From contig NC_043022.1 in NCBI RefSeq assembly GCF_006345805.1, positions 12,896,001-12,960,000 of the forward strand: DNA of 64,000 nt, written 5' to 3'. Origin of the DNA: Octopus sinensis (Eukaryota). The position numbers and the translations under genes are program-made. Below are positions 50,736 through 64,000 of this stretch, in pieces. A model generated the notes under the pieces. It worked only from the letters and a program-made list of their open reading frames with translations, made no database searches and was not told the origin of the DNA. Numbering within the stretch: position 1 is the first letter of the stretch; each line of letters starts with the position of its first letter.

Positions 50736-50998
50736 CATCATCATCATTTAGCGTCCGTTTTCCATGCTAGCATGGGTTGGACGGTTCTACTGGGGTCTGT
50801 GAAGCCAGAAGGCTTCATCAGGCCCAGTCAAATCTGGCAGTGTTTCTACGGCTGGATGCTCTTCCTAACGCCAACCACTCCGTGAGTGTAGTGGGTGCTT
50901 TTTACGTGCCACCCGCACTGGTGCCAGACAGAGCTGGCAAACGGCCACGAACGGATGGTGCTTTTTATGTGCCACCGGCACGAGGGCCAGATATATAT

Positions 50999-51257
50999 AT
51001 AATGTTTTGGTGCATAATTATTGCAGCTTTTTTTCAACAAATTTTATTCAACAAAAACAATAACAATTTTTAACAGAAACATCTTTAAATCACAGTCTGA
51101 TCGTCTGCCAAGCAAATGGGAAGCAGTAATTGAAGTAGATGGTGAATACGCTCCAGAATAATCATTTAAAGATGTTTTTGTTACATGTTGTTATTGTTCT
51201 TGTTGAATAAAATTTGTTGGAAAAAAAAAACTGCAATAATTATGCACCAACATAATA
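50999..51257. mobile_element. mariner-derived MITE
   Basis: TIR TA.TATGTTGGTGCATAATTATTGCAG (Hsmar1/MADE1-like); ~90-bp inverted arms; 51096-51161 encodes SDRLPSKWEAVIEVDGEYAPE* (mariner C-terminus). Confidence 0.8.
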
Positions 51258-51780
51258 CACACACGCACATACATTGCCAGACAACTTACCTATACAGATA
51301 AGAGCTTTGCAGGTGCAAAAACTAATGGTCACTCTGACTGGCCATAACACTCAACCTATTTATATTTATGTAGTGGGTGTGTGTTGATTTTATTCTATCC
51401 TGTTACCTTTAGTCTATAACTCTAATCTGTTTATTAAACCAATCCATTAATTAATGCTGTAATTATGTGTCATCATTGTTAGGTGGGGGGGGGCAGGGAG
51501 GAAGCAGTAACCTCTGTAAGTTTCTATACTAACTGCAAGTCAGATTGTAAATAATGTTAATAATTGAGATTGTGTGATTAACGTTGTGGTTAATATTGCA
51601 GTTGATGACTTAGCTGTGGTTAAGGTGGTGGTAGTGGTGGTGGTGTTGATAAGGGTGTTGTTGCAGTAGTTGTGGGGTGTTGTGATAGTGGTGTTTATGT
51701 AATTGATGACATAGCTGTCGTTAAGGTGGAGTTGTTGGCATGGTGGTGATGTAGTTGTCTTTTTCATTAAGCACTGCCTT

Positions 51781-52011
51781 AAGGCGAGCTGGCAGAAACG
51801 TTAGCATGCCGCGCGAAATGCTTTGTGGTATTTCGTCCGCCGCTGCGTTCTGAGTTCAAATTCCGCCGAGGTCGACTTTGCCTTTCATCCTTTCGGGGTC
51901 GATAAATTAAGTACCAGTTGCGCACTGAGGATCGATGTAATCGACTTAATACCTATGTCTGTCCTTGTTTGTCCCCTCTATGTTTAGCCCCTTGTGGGTA
52001 ATAAAGAAATA
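51781..52011 (+). mobile_element. SINE family C
   Basis: Consensus match. Confidence 0.85.
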
Positions 52012-52552
52012 GGTATTATACCCATGTCCAAGACCAGGCATTTCTCGACTGGTGACCATATTCTTTATCATAAATGTATTCATGTATTTTGTGTATTATG
52101 TATTCTCTTATCCCATTTTACTTTCTCTTTCTTTCTCCTCATCTCTTATGTAAACCTCCCACACAAATTGTAAGCTGTCCTTGTAATGACCCTTCATATG
52201 ATTCCCCTGTTGCAAATAAAAGTAATCCTTATTGCAATTATTGTTATTGTAATTATTATCATTAAATAGGAAAAGTGCCAAGCTGGTGAAATTGTTAGCA
52301 TGCCGGGCAAAATGCTTAGCGGTTTTCTCCTATCTTTATGTTCTGAGTTCAAATCTGCTGAGGTCGATAAATTAAGTACCAGTGAAACACTAGGGTCGAT
52401 GTTATCAACTATCCCCTTCTCCCATTTTCTGACCTTGTGTCTATAATAGAAAGGACTATTATCAAATAGGAAACCATTATATCGTTAAGGTAGTTAGCTG
52501 GCAGAATTATTAGTAAGACAGACAAAATACATATCAGTATTTCATATATCAG

Positions 52553-53280
52553 AGTTCAAATTCTGCCAAGTTCAACTTTACCTTCTATCCTTTTGGGGTT
52601 GATGAAATAAGTACCAGCTGAGCACTGGGGTCGATGTAGTCGACTTATCCCTCCCAGAAATTGCTGGCCTTGTGCCGAAATTTGAAACCAATATTGTTGT
52701 TGTTATTGTTATCATCATTATTAGTCATTTGACTGCGGCCATGCTGGAGCACCGCCTTTAGTCGAACAAATCGACCCCCAGGACTTATCCTTTGTTAGCC
52801 CAGTACTTATTCTATCGATCCCTTTTGCTGAACCGCTAAGTTCAAATTCTGCCATGGTCAACTTTACCTTCCATCCTTTTGGGGTTGATGAAATAAGTAC
52901 CAGCTGAGCACTGGGGTCGATGTAGTCGACTTATCCCTCCCAGAAATTGCTGGCCTTGTGCCAAAATTTGAAACCAATATTGTTGTTGTAATTATTATTA
53001 TCATCATTATTAGTAATTTGACTGTGGCCATGCTGGAGCACCGCCTTTAGTCGAACAAATCAACCCCCAGGACATATTCTTTGTTAGCCCAGTACTTATT
53101 CTATCGATCCCTTTCGCCGAACCGCTAAGTTCAAATTCTGTCAAGGTCAGCTTTACCTTCTATCCTTTTGGGGTTGATGAAATAAGTACCAGCTGAGCCC
53201 TGGGGTCGATGTAGTCGACTTATCCCTCCCAGAAATTGCTGGCCTTGTGCCAAAATTTGAAACCAATATTGTTATTGTTG
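52553..53280. repeat. 2.5 tandem copies of a ~287-bp chimeric SINE unit
   Basis: AGTTCAAATTCTG starts at 52553, 52839 and 53128. Confidence 0.85.
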
Positions 53281-53873
53281 TTATTATTATTACTATTATT
53301 ATTATTATTTTTATTACTATTGCAGTTTGTCAGAAGTGGTCTGAACATGAAGATGGAGTCTTAGCATATCGTCTCCAGAACGAGGAAAGTAAGTGAAACT
53401 AATTATTTTTTAGTAATCAGCCAGGCCAGGTCTCCAACCTGGGAACATGTCCCTTCTTTCTTCCTATCAGTTACCAAATCCCTGAAAAAAAATAATTGGA
53501 AGGCTAGTCGTAGATTCTACCCCTCTAGGAATATGTCATTAAAACAGTTGGGCTGTACGTCAATAATTTAGCTGTCTACAGTGAGTTTATATCCACCCAA
53601 CAAAAGAGCCTCTGTGGACTCACACAACCTGCTAGAAGCAGCAGCCAAATCTGTTTCAAATCATACCCTGCTGATTTAAAGAGAGAAGGATCATCATCTT
53701 GCATGCTTGCATGGGTCAGGTGAGATTTGTTGAGGTAGATTCTCTATGGTCAGCAGCCCTTCCTGTCACCAAACCAAACAAGGTAATATTTCCTCACGGC
53801 TTGTTATGTTTTTCACAGAGGGGTGGAAACAAATGGCATCACTTTGCATGATGCTGACACTCTCATGCATTTT

Positions 53874-53879
<6 letters not shown>

Positions 53880-53905
<26 letters not shown>

Positions 53906-55129
53906 AACAGTGATGCTTGTTTACAACCAATATGTGATGTCAACACAAGGGCACATATGCACACACACACACACACACACACGTCTCATGACCATCATTT
54001 CATGCTGGCAAGTGCTAGACAGTTTGGTAGGATTCAATTGCTCCAAGGACCACATTATGCTCCAGTGTCTGCTTTGGCTGGACACCCTTCCTAATGACCA
54101 ACCATTCTACACCATGTACTAGATGCTTTTTTTAAAAAATTTTCTTGTGCCACCTGCACTAGTGCCACCTACTATACATCTTGCAAAACTACAGACCCTG
54201 AGGGGTGGATCCTCTTTATGCTAGGAGATGCGGAAAAGGTGAGCGATGTCCACTCACAAGGCTTTGGTCAGTCTGAAGCTGTAGTAGAAAACACTTGCCC
54301 AAGGTGCCACACAGTGGGACTGAACTTGAAACCTCATGGATGAGAAGCAAATTTAACCACACAACCATGCTTGTGCCTATGTTAAGTAATTTTAGCTCTT
54401 GATCCGTTATACTTAAAAAAGAAAGGCGGCGAGCTGGCAGAAACGTTAGCACGCCAGGTGAAATGCGTAGCCATATTTCGTCTGCCGTTACGTTCTGAGT
54501 TCAAATTCCGCCAAGGTCGACTTTGCCTTTCATCCTTTCGGGGTCGATAAATAAAGTACCAGTTACGCACTGGGGTCGATGTAATCGACTTAATCCGTTT
54601 GTCTGTCCTTGTTTGTCCCCTCTGTGTTTAGCCCTTTGTGGCTAGTAAAGAAATATATACTTAAAAAAGAAAACCTGGGATCGTTAGGGCTGACCTATCA
54701 ATAAATACACAACCACCTATGATCAATTATGCTTTAGCATCTTATATAAAGGAAGGTTGTATTATATAATGTATAATATATGTGGAATGCTTGAATAATA
54801 GTCATAAAACGAAGGTCTTTGAATGGTAGCTTGGTTGCCGGGCAACGTGGACATTATGATTTCATTGAAATACCTTCCTCCTCTCCTTCACTACTTTATG
54901 TTAATTGTGTCCTATCTCTGCAAACATCTGAACCACCACCATACCAGTGGTATGCTATGGGAGTGGGAAAGAGATTCAGCTCTGGTGATGCAACAATGCA
55001 GGACACTGTCAAGACTGCCAGGAGCTCTGTTGTGTACCTGTGTGTGTGTGTGTGTGTATACATGCACACACTTATTATATAATTGTTTATACATATACAC
55101 ACGGACATGTTATGTATGTGTGAATGATA

Positions 55130-55166
<37 letters not shown>

Positions 55167-56520
55167 TATATCATCATCATCATCATCATTTAGCGTCCGC
55201 TTTCCATGCTAGCATGGGTTGGACGGTTCAACTGGGGTCTGTGAAGCCAGAAGGCTGCATCAGGCCTATATATATGTGTGGTGTGTGTGTGTGTGTAACA
55301 GTGATGCTTGTTTACAACCAATATGTGATGTCAACACAAGGGCACATATGCACACACACACACACACACACACGTCTCATGACCATCATTTCATGCTGGC
55401 AAGTGCTAGACAGTTTGGTAGGATTCAATTGCTCCAAGGACCACATTATGCTCCAGTGTCTGCTTTGGCTGGACACCCTTCCTAATGACCAACCATTCTA
55501 CACCATGTACTAGATGCTTTTTTTTAAAAATTTTCTTGTGCCACCTGCACTAGTGCCACCTACTATACATCTTGCAAAACTACAGACCCTGAGGGGTGGA
55601 TCCTCTTTATGCTAGGAGATGCGGAAAAGGTGAGCGATGTCCACTCACAAGGCTTTGGTCAGTCTGAAGCTGTAGTAGAAAACACTTGCCCAAGGTGCCA
55701 CACAGTGGGACTGAACTTGAAACCTCATGGATGAGAAGCAAATTTAACCACACAACCATCCTTGTGCCTATGTTAAGTAATTTTAGCTCTTGATCCGTTA
55801 TACTTAAAAAAGAAAGGCGGCGAGCTGGCAGAAACGTTAGCACGCCAGGTGAAATGCGTAGCCATATTTCGTCTGCCGTTACGTTCTGAGTTCAAATTCC
55901 GCCAAGGTCGACTTTGCCTTTCATCCTTTCGGGGTCGATAAATAAAGTACCAGTTACGCACTGGGGTCGATGTAATCGACTTAATCCGTTTGTCTGTCCT
56001 TGTTTGTCCCCTCTGTGTTTAGCCCCTTGTGGCTAGTAAAGAAATATATACTTAAAAAAGAAAACCTGGGATCGTTAGGGCTGACCTATCAATAAATACA
56101 CAACCACCTATGATCAATTATGCTTTAGCATCTTATATAAGGAAGGTTGTATTATATAATGTATAATATATGTGGAATGCTTGAATAATAGTCATAAAAC
56201 GAAGGTCTTTGAATGGTAGCTTGGTTGCCGGGCAACGTGGACATTATGATTTCATTGAAATACCTTCCTCCTCTCCTTCACTACTTTATGTTAATTGTGT
56301 CCTATCTCTGCAAACATCTGAACCACCACCATACCAGTGGTATGCTATGGGAGTGGGAAAGAGATTCAGCTCTGGTGATGCAACAATGCGGACACTGTCA
56401 AGACTGCCAGGAGCTCTGTTGTGTACCTGTGTGTGTGTGTGTGTGTGTATACATGCACACACTTATTATATACTTGTTTATACATATACACACGGACATG
56501 TTATGTATGTGTGAATGATA

Positions 56521-56569
<49 letters not shown>

Positions 56570-56695
56570 TCATCATCATCATCATCATCATTTAGCGTCC
56601 GCTTTCCATGCTAGCATGGGTTGGACGGTTCAACTGGGGTCTGTGAAGCCAGAAGGCTGCATCAGGCCTATATATATGTGTGTGTGTGTGTGTGT
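53880..56695. repeat. Tandem duplication, ~1.4 kb unit
   Basis: Offset 1391 at the start (TAACAGTGATGC at 53905 and 55296) and ~1402 at the end. Confidence 0.9.
54425..54655 (+). mobile_element. SINE family C, 17-bp TSD (duplicated at ~55816-56046)
   Basis: TSD TATACTTAAAAAAGAAA at 54408-54424 and 54656-54672. Confidence 0.9.
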
Positions 56696-57475
56696 TTGAG
56701 ATTATAAAGAAGAAAAAAAGCTGAATGCAGTAGTAGGAGCAACACACACACACGCTGAGAGGACACTGTTACTCGTCAGTTTTACAAAATAACTGTTGCC
56801 ATTCAGTAAACATTTGCAAAACTCTGAGTAGTCAGAGTAATCTCAGCACTAGAATGTGTGAGTGTATATATATATATATATATATTATTTCTTTACTGGC
56901 CACAAGGGGCTAAACACAGAGGAGGACAAACAAGGACAGACAAACGGATTAAGTTGATTATATCGACCCCAGTGCGTAACTGGGCATATACAAGGCATAT
57001 ACTTGTATATCTTTCAAAGAAGTGTGTATATTAATATTTATACAATACAATATTATAGATCCCTTTCAGTCGATTCTACCAATTGGTTTTGGATGGGAGT
57101 GGGGAGGCCGTCCTCATGCTGACCTGAAGGGCTGCTGGGAACTCTTTCTCTTCCTTCTTTGTGTGTGAAATTGATTGAAAAAAATTAGCTGAAATGGATC
57201 TATAATAAATGCATTGTAAAAATAACAATGAATTTATGTGTTTGTATATATGTACGTAGGTGTGTATATATATATATACACACACACACATATATATATA
57301 TATATGTATATACAGGTGCAGGAGTGGCTGTGTGATAAGATGCTTCCTTCCTAACCACATGGTTCTGGGTTCAGACTCACTGCGTGGCACCTGGTGCAAG
57401 TGTCTAGCCTCGGGCCAACCAAAGCCTTATGAATGGATTTGGCAGATGTAAACTGAAAGAAGCCCATCGTGTATT

Positions 57476-57530
<55 letters not shown>

Positions 57531-57611
57531 GGCGGTGCCCCAGCATGGACACAGCTCATTAGCTGAAACTGGAAAAATCAAAAAAATCAAAATCATATAT
57601 ATATATATATA

Positions 57612-58300
57612 TATGGTGTCCCAAAAGTCACTGATGGGTTTTAGTTTTTAATAACTTCCTTAACTTTACAAATAAATGTGTGAAATTTTGACACAATACA
57701 AAGGACATAATGGAAATAAATATGTATGAGTCAAGTGAAACAATGCAGTTGTTACAACACTGCTTTGGAGAGAGAATAATCTCCCGCTACAGCAATGTCA
57801 ACTGGCCTTCACATTCCCCAGACTTGACTAGCCCGGATTTTTCCTTGTGGGGATACCTGAAAGAGAGGGTTTATATCAACAAACTGGAGACCCTGGTGCT
57901 ACTGAAGGAGAACATCAATAGAGAAATCAGAGAAGCGGGGTCTGAAATTGTTGAGGGTGTTATGGTACAAATTTTGGAAAGAGCATGGGTATGTGAAGTT
58001 GAAAGTGGCTGCCATTTAAGCAATGTCATTTTTTTATATGTAATGTAATGGTGTTGCAAAATTTGACTCGTACATATTAATTTCCATTATGTTCTTTATA
58101 TTGTATCAAAATTTCATGCATTTATTTCTTAAGTTAAGGAAGTTATTAAAAATTAAAACCCATCAGTGACTTTTGGGTCACCCTGTTGTTGGCATCCTTT
58201 TTGTCTCGGGAGACAATGGAGTTGCGCATAAAGTAGTCTAGTCCGGCTTTTACATTTTCTGTCCTGATACATTTCCTGCTGTGACTTTTGGGTCACCCTG
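57612..58300 (+). mobile_element. Internally deleted IS630-Tc1-mariner element with transposase C-terminal fragment
   Basis: ~110-bp TIRs (GGTG.CCCAAAAGTCACTGATGGG); ORF 57710-58048 contains FGERIISR..WPSHSPDLTSPDFSLWGYLKERVY. Confidence 0.85.
58186..58280 (-). mobile_element. 95-bp 3' end of an RTE-clade LINE with 20-bp TSD
   Basis: Minus strand ends GCGCAACTCCATTGTCTCCCGAGACAAAAAGGATGCCAACAA (RTE-like 3' stem-loop); TSD GTGACTTTTGGGTCACCCTG at 58166-58185 and 58281-58300. Confidence 0.7.
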
Positions 58301-58704
58301 TATATGTATGTATTTGTGTGTCTGTGTTTACGTCCCTGTAACTTAGTGGTTCAGCAAAACAGACCAATAGAATCAGTACTGGGCTTACAAAAAAACAAGT
58401 CCTGGGATCGATTTGTTTAAACAGACATTATTCCAGCATGACTGCAGTCAAATGACTAAAACAAATAAAATGTGTGTGTGTGAGTTTATATTGTGTATAA
58501 TGTATATAAAATATCTGAATGTAATTATGACCAAGATATATTATTTCTTGTCACGTTTCTTTGGTTACTGTGGGGGTGACGGTGGGAGATATGGAGGTGG
58601 CATTAAGTGGTCAGGCAAGTGTGTGTGTCTGTGTGTTATAGATGTAAGGTATGGTGTACTGTTGTGATGAATATATATATATACATTCATCACATATATA
58701 TATA

Positions 58705-58917
58705 TACTCTTTACTCTTTTACTTGTTTCAGTCATTTGACTGCGGCCATGTTGGAGCACCGCCTTTAGTCGAGCAAATCGAGCCCTGGACTTATTCTATC
58801 AGTCTCTCTTGCCGAACCGCTAAGTGATGGGGACGTAAATACACCAGCATCGGTTGTCAAGGAATGCTAGGGGGACAAACACACACACACATACATACAC
58901 ACAGACACACACACACA

Positions 58918-58968
<51 letters not shown>

Positions 58969-59135
58969 TATATACGATAGGCTTCTTTCAGTTTCCGTCT
59001 ACCAAATCCACTCACAAGGCATTGGTCGGCCCGGAGCTATAGCAGAAGACACTTGCCCAAGATGCCACGCAGTGGGACTGAACCCGGAACCATGTGGTTG
59101 GTTAACCAGCTACTTACCACACAGCCACTCCTGCG

Positions 59136-59138
<3 letters not shown>
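58705..59138 (-). mobile_element. SINE family A, full length
   Basis: Consensus match. Confidence 0.85.
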
Positions 59139-59170
<32 letters not shown>

Positions 59171-59590
59171 TAATGTAGTAGTTATTGTGTATGTGATGGA
59201 CGTATGATGGATGAAGGTATATAAAGTAATTGTGTGTGTGTGTGTGTGTGTGAGAGGTATGATGGATGTATGTAAGGTATGGCATACTATTATGTATTAT
59301 GTGTATGTGAGAGAGAGAGAGAGAGATGGACATAACCGAGGTATATGTATAAGGAATTGTGTATTATGATATGGGTGTGAGATATTCTGTACTATTGTGT
59401 GTGTGGTATGATATCCTGAGGTGTGTACGAGGTGTTATGTACTATTGTGTGTGAATCCTGATGTAATGCGAGGTGAGATGTCTGTGTTTCCATTGCACCC
59501 TTCCTTATTATTTCGATGTAAGCCACATAGTCCCTGCTGGCATAACACCACCCACACTCTCCGTACACCACCCACTCTCTCCACACGTTG

Positions 59591-59925
59591 CCCACACTCG
59601 CCGCGCTACACCTACACTCGCTGCGCTACACCCACACTCACCACGCTACACCCACACTCACCGCGCTACACCCACACTCACCGCGCTACACCCACACTCA
59701 CCGCGCTACACCCACACTCACCGCGCTACACCCACACTCACCACGCTACACCCACACTCACCACGCTAACAACCACACTCAACCGCGCTACACCCACACT
59801 CACCGCGCTACACCCACACTCACCGCGCTACACCCACACTCACCGCGCTACACCCACACTCACCGCGCTACACCCACACTCACCGCGCTACACCCACATT
59901 CACTGCGCTACACCCACACTCACCA
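59591..59925. repeat. 20-bp minisatellite (~16 units)
   Basis: Unit CCGCGCTACACCCACACTCA. Confidence 0.95.
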
Positions 59926-60509
59926 CACATACCATACTGCTTAAGTCCAACCCACACCTTAGTAATAAATATGAACAATACGCCTGAAAATACACGTGTG
60001 TGTGTGTGTATATTTAAATATGATTATATAACCATATATACACAAACACCTATCTCTCACCTTGGTAAACATCAACAACACACCTGAGCATACACACACA
60101 CACATAACCCATAGTCATTATCTCTTTTATCTGATCCAGACTATATATATATATATATATATTATATATTTATACACACATACACACAAGATAACTGAGA
60201 TTCTTTCCTTGTTGATCAAAACATTCCGAGTTACCATTTTCTCTTTGCTGAATACTGGAAGGTCAACGAGCCAAGAAGGGAATCCTCACCCTGCTAGAAA
60301 AAGTAGTCAGACATCCCTCATATCATACCTTATCATCTTAAAAATAAGGACAGCTAAATAATTCATCTAGAACATTTTGGATCACCTGTCTACCTAAGCA
60401 GATCTGAGTTGACCTACGGTTAAACAACCAAGCACTATTTAGCCTTAAAATCATTTTATGCTGATTGAATTCACTTTGTTCCAGCTGTGGATTTCACAAA
60501 TTACGTATG

Positions 60510-60916
60510 TACTTTTATCTTTATCTTTTACTTGTTTCAATCATTCGACTGTGGCCATGCTGGTGCACCGCCTTTAGTCGAGCAAATCGACCCCGGGACT
60601 TATTCTTTGTAAGCCCAGTACTTATTCTTTCGGCCTCTTTTGCCGAACCGCTAAGTAACGGGGACGTAAACACACCAGCATCGGTTGTTAAGCAATGCTA
60701 AGAGGACAAACACACACGCATATATATATATATATATACATACACATATATACGACAGGCTTCTTTCAGTTTCCGTCTACCAAATCCACTCTCAAGGCTT
60801 TGGTCGGCCCAGGGCTATAGCAGAAGACACTTGCCCAAGATGCCACGCAGTGGGATTGAACCCGGAACCATGTGGTTGGTTAGCAGGCTACTTACCACAC
60901 AGCCACTCCTGCGCCT
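60510..60916 (-). mobile_element. SINE family A
   Basis: Consensus match. Confidence 0.85.
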
Positions 60917-61016
60917 AGAATTTAAAATATATCTTTGCCCACTCAATCGTCATATGCTTTTAATATCCGTCTGTGGGAAGTGATGGCCAATTGACATTGC
61001 TATAGCAGGAGATTCT

Positions 61017-61416
61017 AGGTGTAGGAGTGGCTGTCTGGTAAGAAGCTTGCCTCCCAACCACATAGCTCTGGGTTCAACCCCACTGCATGACACCTTGTGC
61101 AAGTGTTTTCTACTATAGCCTAGGGATGACCAAAGCCTAGTAAGTGGATTTGGTAGGCGGAAACTGAAAGGAACCCATCGTATATATGTATATGCGTATA
61201 TGTATGTGTCTGTGTTTGTCCCCCCAACATCGTTTGACAACCGATGTTGGTGTGTTTACGTCCCTGTAACTTAGTGCATCAGCAAAAGAGACTGAAAGAA
61301 TAAGTACTAGGCTTACAAAGAATAAGTCCTGGAGTCGATTTGCTCAACTAAAGGCGGTGCTCCAGCATGGCCACGGTCAAATGACTGAAACAAGTAAAAG
61401 CGAGAGTAAAGAGAGT
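61017..61416 (+). mobile_element. SINE family A, diverged
   Basis: Consensus match; opposite orientation to 60510-60916. Confidence 0.8.
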
Positions 61417-61930
61417 GTTCAATGCTGGCATGTATTGACCAGGTTGACAGGATCTGACCGGTCAAAGAAATGCGCCATGCAAGAAGTGGACACCATTCCT
61501 AATGCCAACCATTTTACAGCGAACTGATGCTTAGTATTTGTCTCTTTAATGTCACAAGCATTAGTGAAGTCACTCTTTTACTCTTTTATTCGTTTCAGTC
61601 ATGTGACTGTGGCCATGCTGGAGCACCGCCTTTAGTTGATCAAATCGACCCCAGGACTTATTCTTTGTAAGCCTAGTACTTATTTTATCGGTCTCCTTTT
61701 TGCCGAACCGCTAAGATACGAGGACATTAAACACACCAGAATCGGTTGTCAAGCGATGTTGGGAGGACAAACACAGAGTAGAGGTGAGAGGGGTGAATAT
61801 AATGAATGGGATGAGGGGTGACAAGTATTAGTAAGAGGAAAAGGTAGGTGAGAGTAGGTGATGACTGTAGAAAGTGGGTAGAGTTGAGTGATGGATGTAG
61901 TGAATGGTGGACAAGATTAGAGGGGCATGA

Positions 61931-62160
61931 AGGCAGCGAGCTGGCAGAAACGTTAGCATGCCGGCAAAATGCTTACGTATTTCGTCTGCCGTTACGTTCT
62001 GAGTTCAAATTCCGCCGAGGTCAACTTTGCCTTTCATCCTTTTGGGGTCGGCTAAATAATTACCAGTTACACACTGGGATCGATATAATCGACTTAATCC
62101 ATTTATCTGTCCTTGTTTGTCCCCTCTCTGTGTAGCCCCTAGTGAGCAGTAAAGAAATAA
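61931..62160 (+). mobile_element. SINE family C
   Basis: Consensus match. Confidence 0.85.
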
Positions 62161-63227
62161 GAATAGAGGGGCATTTGATGATACATGTGAGTTAGAGAGA
62201 AAGGGAGGTGGTGGATGACCATACTAAAAGGTGTCAAGAGTTTAACTGCCCCTTGCAAGTAAGATCTAATTGTTTAAGGTGCCTTTCTTGTCATGAGCAG
62301 TCAAAGACCCTCCTTTCTCAACTCTCTCCTTTTCACTTAAAACATCAAAGGTGTAACAGTTGGAAAAGTAGAGAGCTGTCCTAGCAGTCAACTGAAAGCC
62401 ATTTTCAGCTGTGTAGTAGACTGGATATGCTGTACCTTGCTCAATGATACAATATGTCACCATATTCAAGGTTCAAAGCCACGACACACACACAGACCGC
62501 TTCACTACCACACAATACAATGTATCCTTACACAGTAATATGTAGTGTCTCTCAAAATTGTTGTGGGTTGGGGCCTCCATTGAGGAGTCAATCCTATCGA
62601 GTAATGTATGAGGCAGACAGAGCAAGCTGTTCTATTGCCATGCTCATCCTGGGGCAGGCTGCTGCTGTTTAGTTCCTGGTGAGCCCTCATTCCATGATAT
62701 TGTGATTTAATGGAAATTTGACTACTATTTCTAGCAGGTTAAAGGTTCTCTTCAGTGAATTTTAGAGTAGGCCGACAACCCACATCTCTTTCTTTCGTTC
62801 TCTCTCTCTCTCTCTCTATTTACCTTGGGGTTTAATCCCACGTTTCCTTCCCTCCACCCCAAATCACTTGCTTCAGCCACCCAACTTTTTCCTTTTCCTT
62901 TTTCTTTTTTTTTCACTCTTACCTCCCACCACCAGATTGGAAGGAGGAAGTTGAAAGAAAATTGACTGATCCATTGAGTGATGGGTGTGACGGGTGAGTG
63001 CAAAGTAAGTGGTGGGGGGGGATGGCATGATGAAGTATAGAGAGATTGGGGGTAGACGATAATGACGATGATGATGATGATGTTGGATTTCTGACCAGGC
63101 TGTGATTGTTGTATGGCGGGTAGGTAGATGTCAAGGGTGGCTTGTGTGTTTCTCTGCATTTGTGTATATGTGTGTATCTCTGGTAGTGTGTCCAATAATT
63201 GCCTGTCAGTGTGTGTGCGTGTCTCCC

Positions 63228-63314
<87 letters not shown>

Positions 63315-64000
63315 TCTCTCTACTCTCTCTCTTTTACTTGTTTCAGTCATTTGACTGCGGCCATGCTGGGGCACCGCCTGAGTATATATATATTTGGTGT
63401 ATGTACCTGTGTGTCTGTCATTCATTGTCATATCCCCATCTATTTTTCTCTGTGTTTATGTATTTACGTGTGTGTGTGTATGTGTATGTGTGTGAAAATA
63501 CGATAGGTATTAAATACACCGTATCACCTGGTTTTTTTCCAATCTCCTTCTGACCTACTTAACCTGGATTGATTGGACAATAGGACACAATTTACCGTCA
63601 GACTCCATAACATACTTACACACACACACACACAAAGTATATTAACCCTCCCGCATATATAATGTGCACCTAAGTATCCATATACACTCACATATATATA
63701 CATGCAAACCTAACACTCATAATTTCATCCACACGCAAACACACACACGTGGACTCTAGCATTGGTCACTCTATCATACTTTTATAATAGGCTCTCTCTC
63801 TCTCCCCTTCTCCCTCTCACTGATCGACATCTCTTACTTTCCCTCTCAAACCACAGCCTCTCTCATCTTCTCTCGCCCCCTTTCATTCCTTTCTGTCCTT
63901 CCCTTCCCTTTCCTTTCCGTCTCACCTACGTCTCTCTTCCGACTCCTCAACTCCTTTCTCCCTCTTACCCTCTCATCACCTCCTCCTCCTCTCTCTCTCT

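Noticed and set aside
56755-56780. CUGACGAG on the minus strand
   Set aside because: No downstream GAAA; runs into a microsatellite.
57133-57175. 33-nt minus-strand microexon (KEEKEFPAALQ)
   Set aside because: Weak AAG acceptor; chance-level evidence.
62266-62469. Minus-strand ORF (..PVYYTAENGFQL..) as exon
   Set aside because: No recognised homology or convincing splice pair.
1-64000. Most ORFs in the six-frame track as genes
   Set aside because: They are translations of (TA)n, (CA)n, (CT)n or (TCTA)n repeats, or of recurring SINE/family B sequence; many start at non-ATG codons.

Overview
Repeat-saturated, AT-rich eukaryotic non-coding DNA (large intron or intergenic). I recognise the SINE families as typical of octopod cephalopods, but this was not verified by any search. 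No protein-coding gene is confidently supported: almost all ORFs in the track are microsatellite or SINE translations. The window contains several tRNA-derived SINE families (my labels A, C, D, F) and an RTE-tailed element with a (GAT)n tail (family B). It also has piggyBac-, hAT- and Tc1/mariner-type MITEs, three mariner/Tc1 transposase remnants, Helitron/Helentron-like non-autonomous elements, a Penelope-like GIY-YIG remnant, long fold-backs and two large tandem duplications. Most notable finding: at least five unrelated minimal type I hammerhead ribozyme motifs with palindromic helix III. Several sit in short non-coding cassettes inserted in (TA)n, and one has a compensatory G3:C8 core. Also notable: one SINE family has inserted antisense into the same site of its own family three times.
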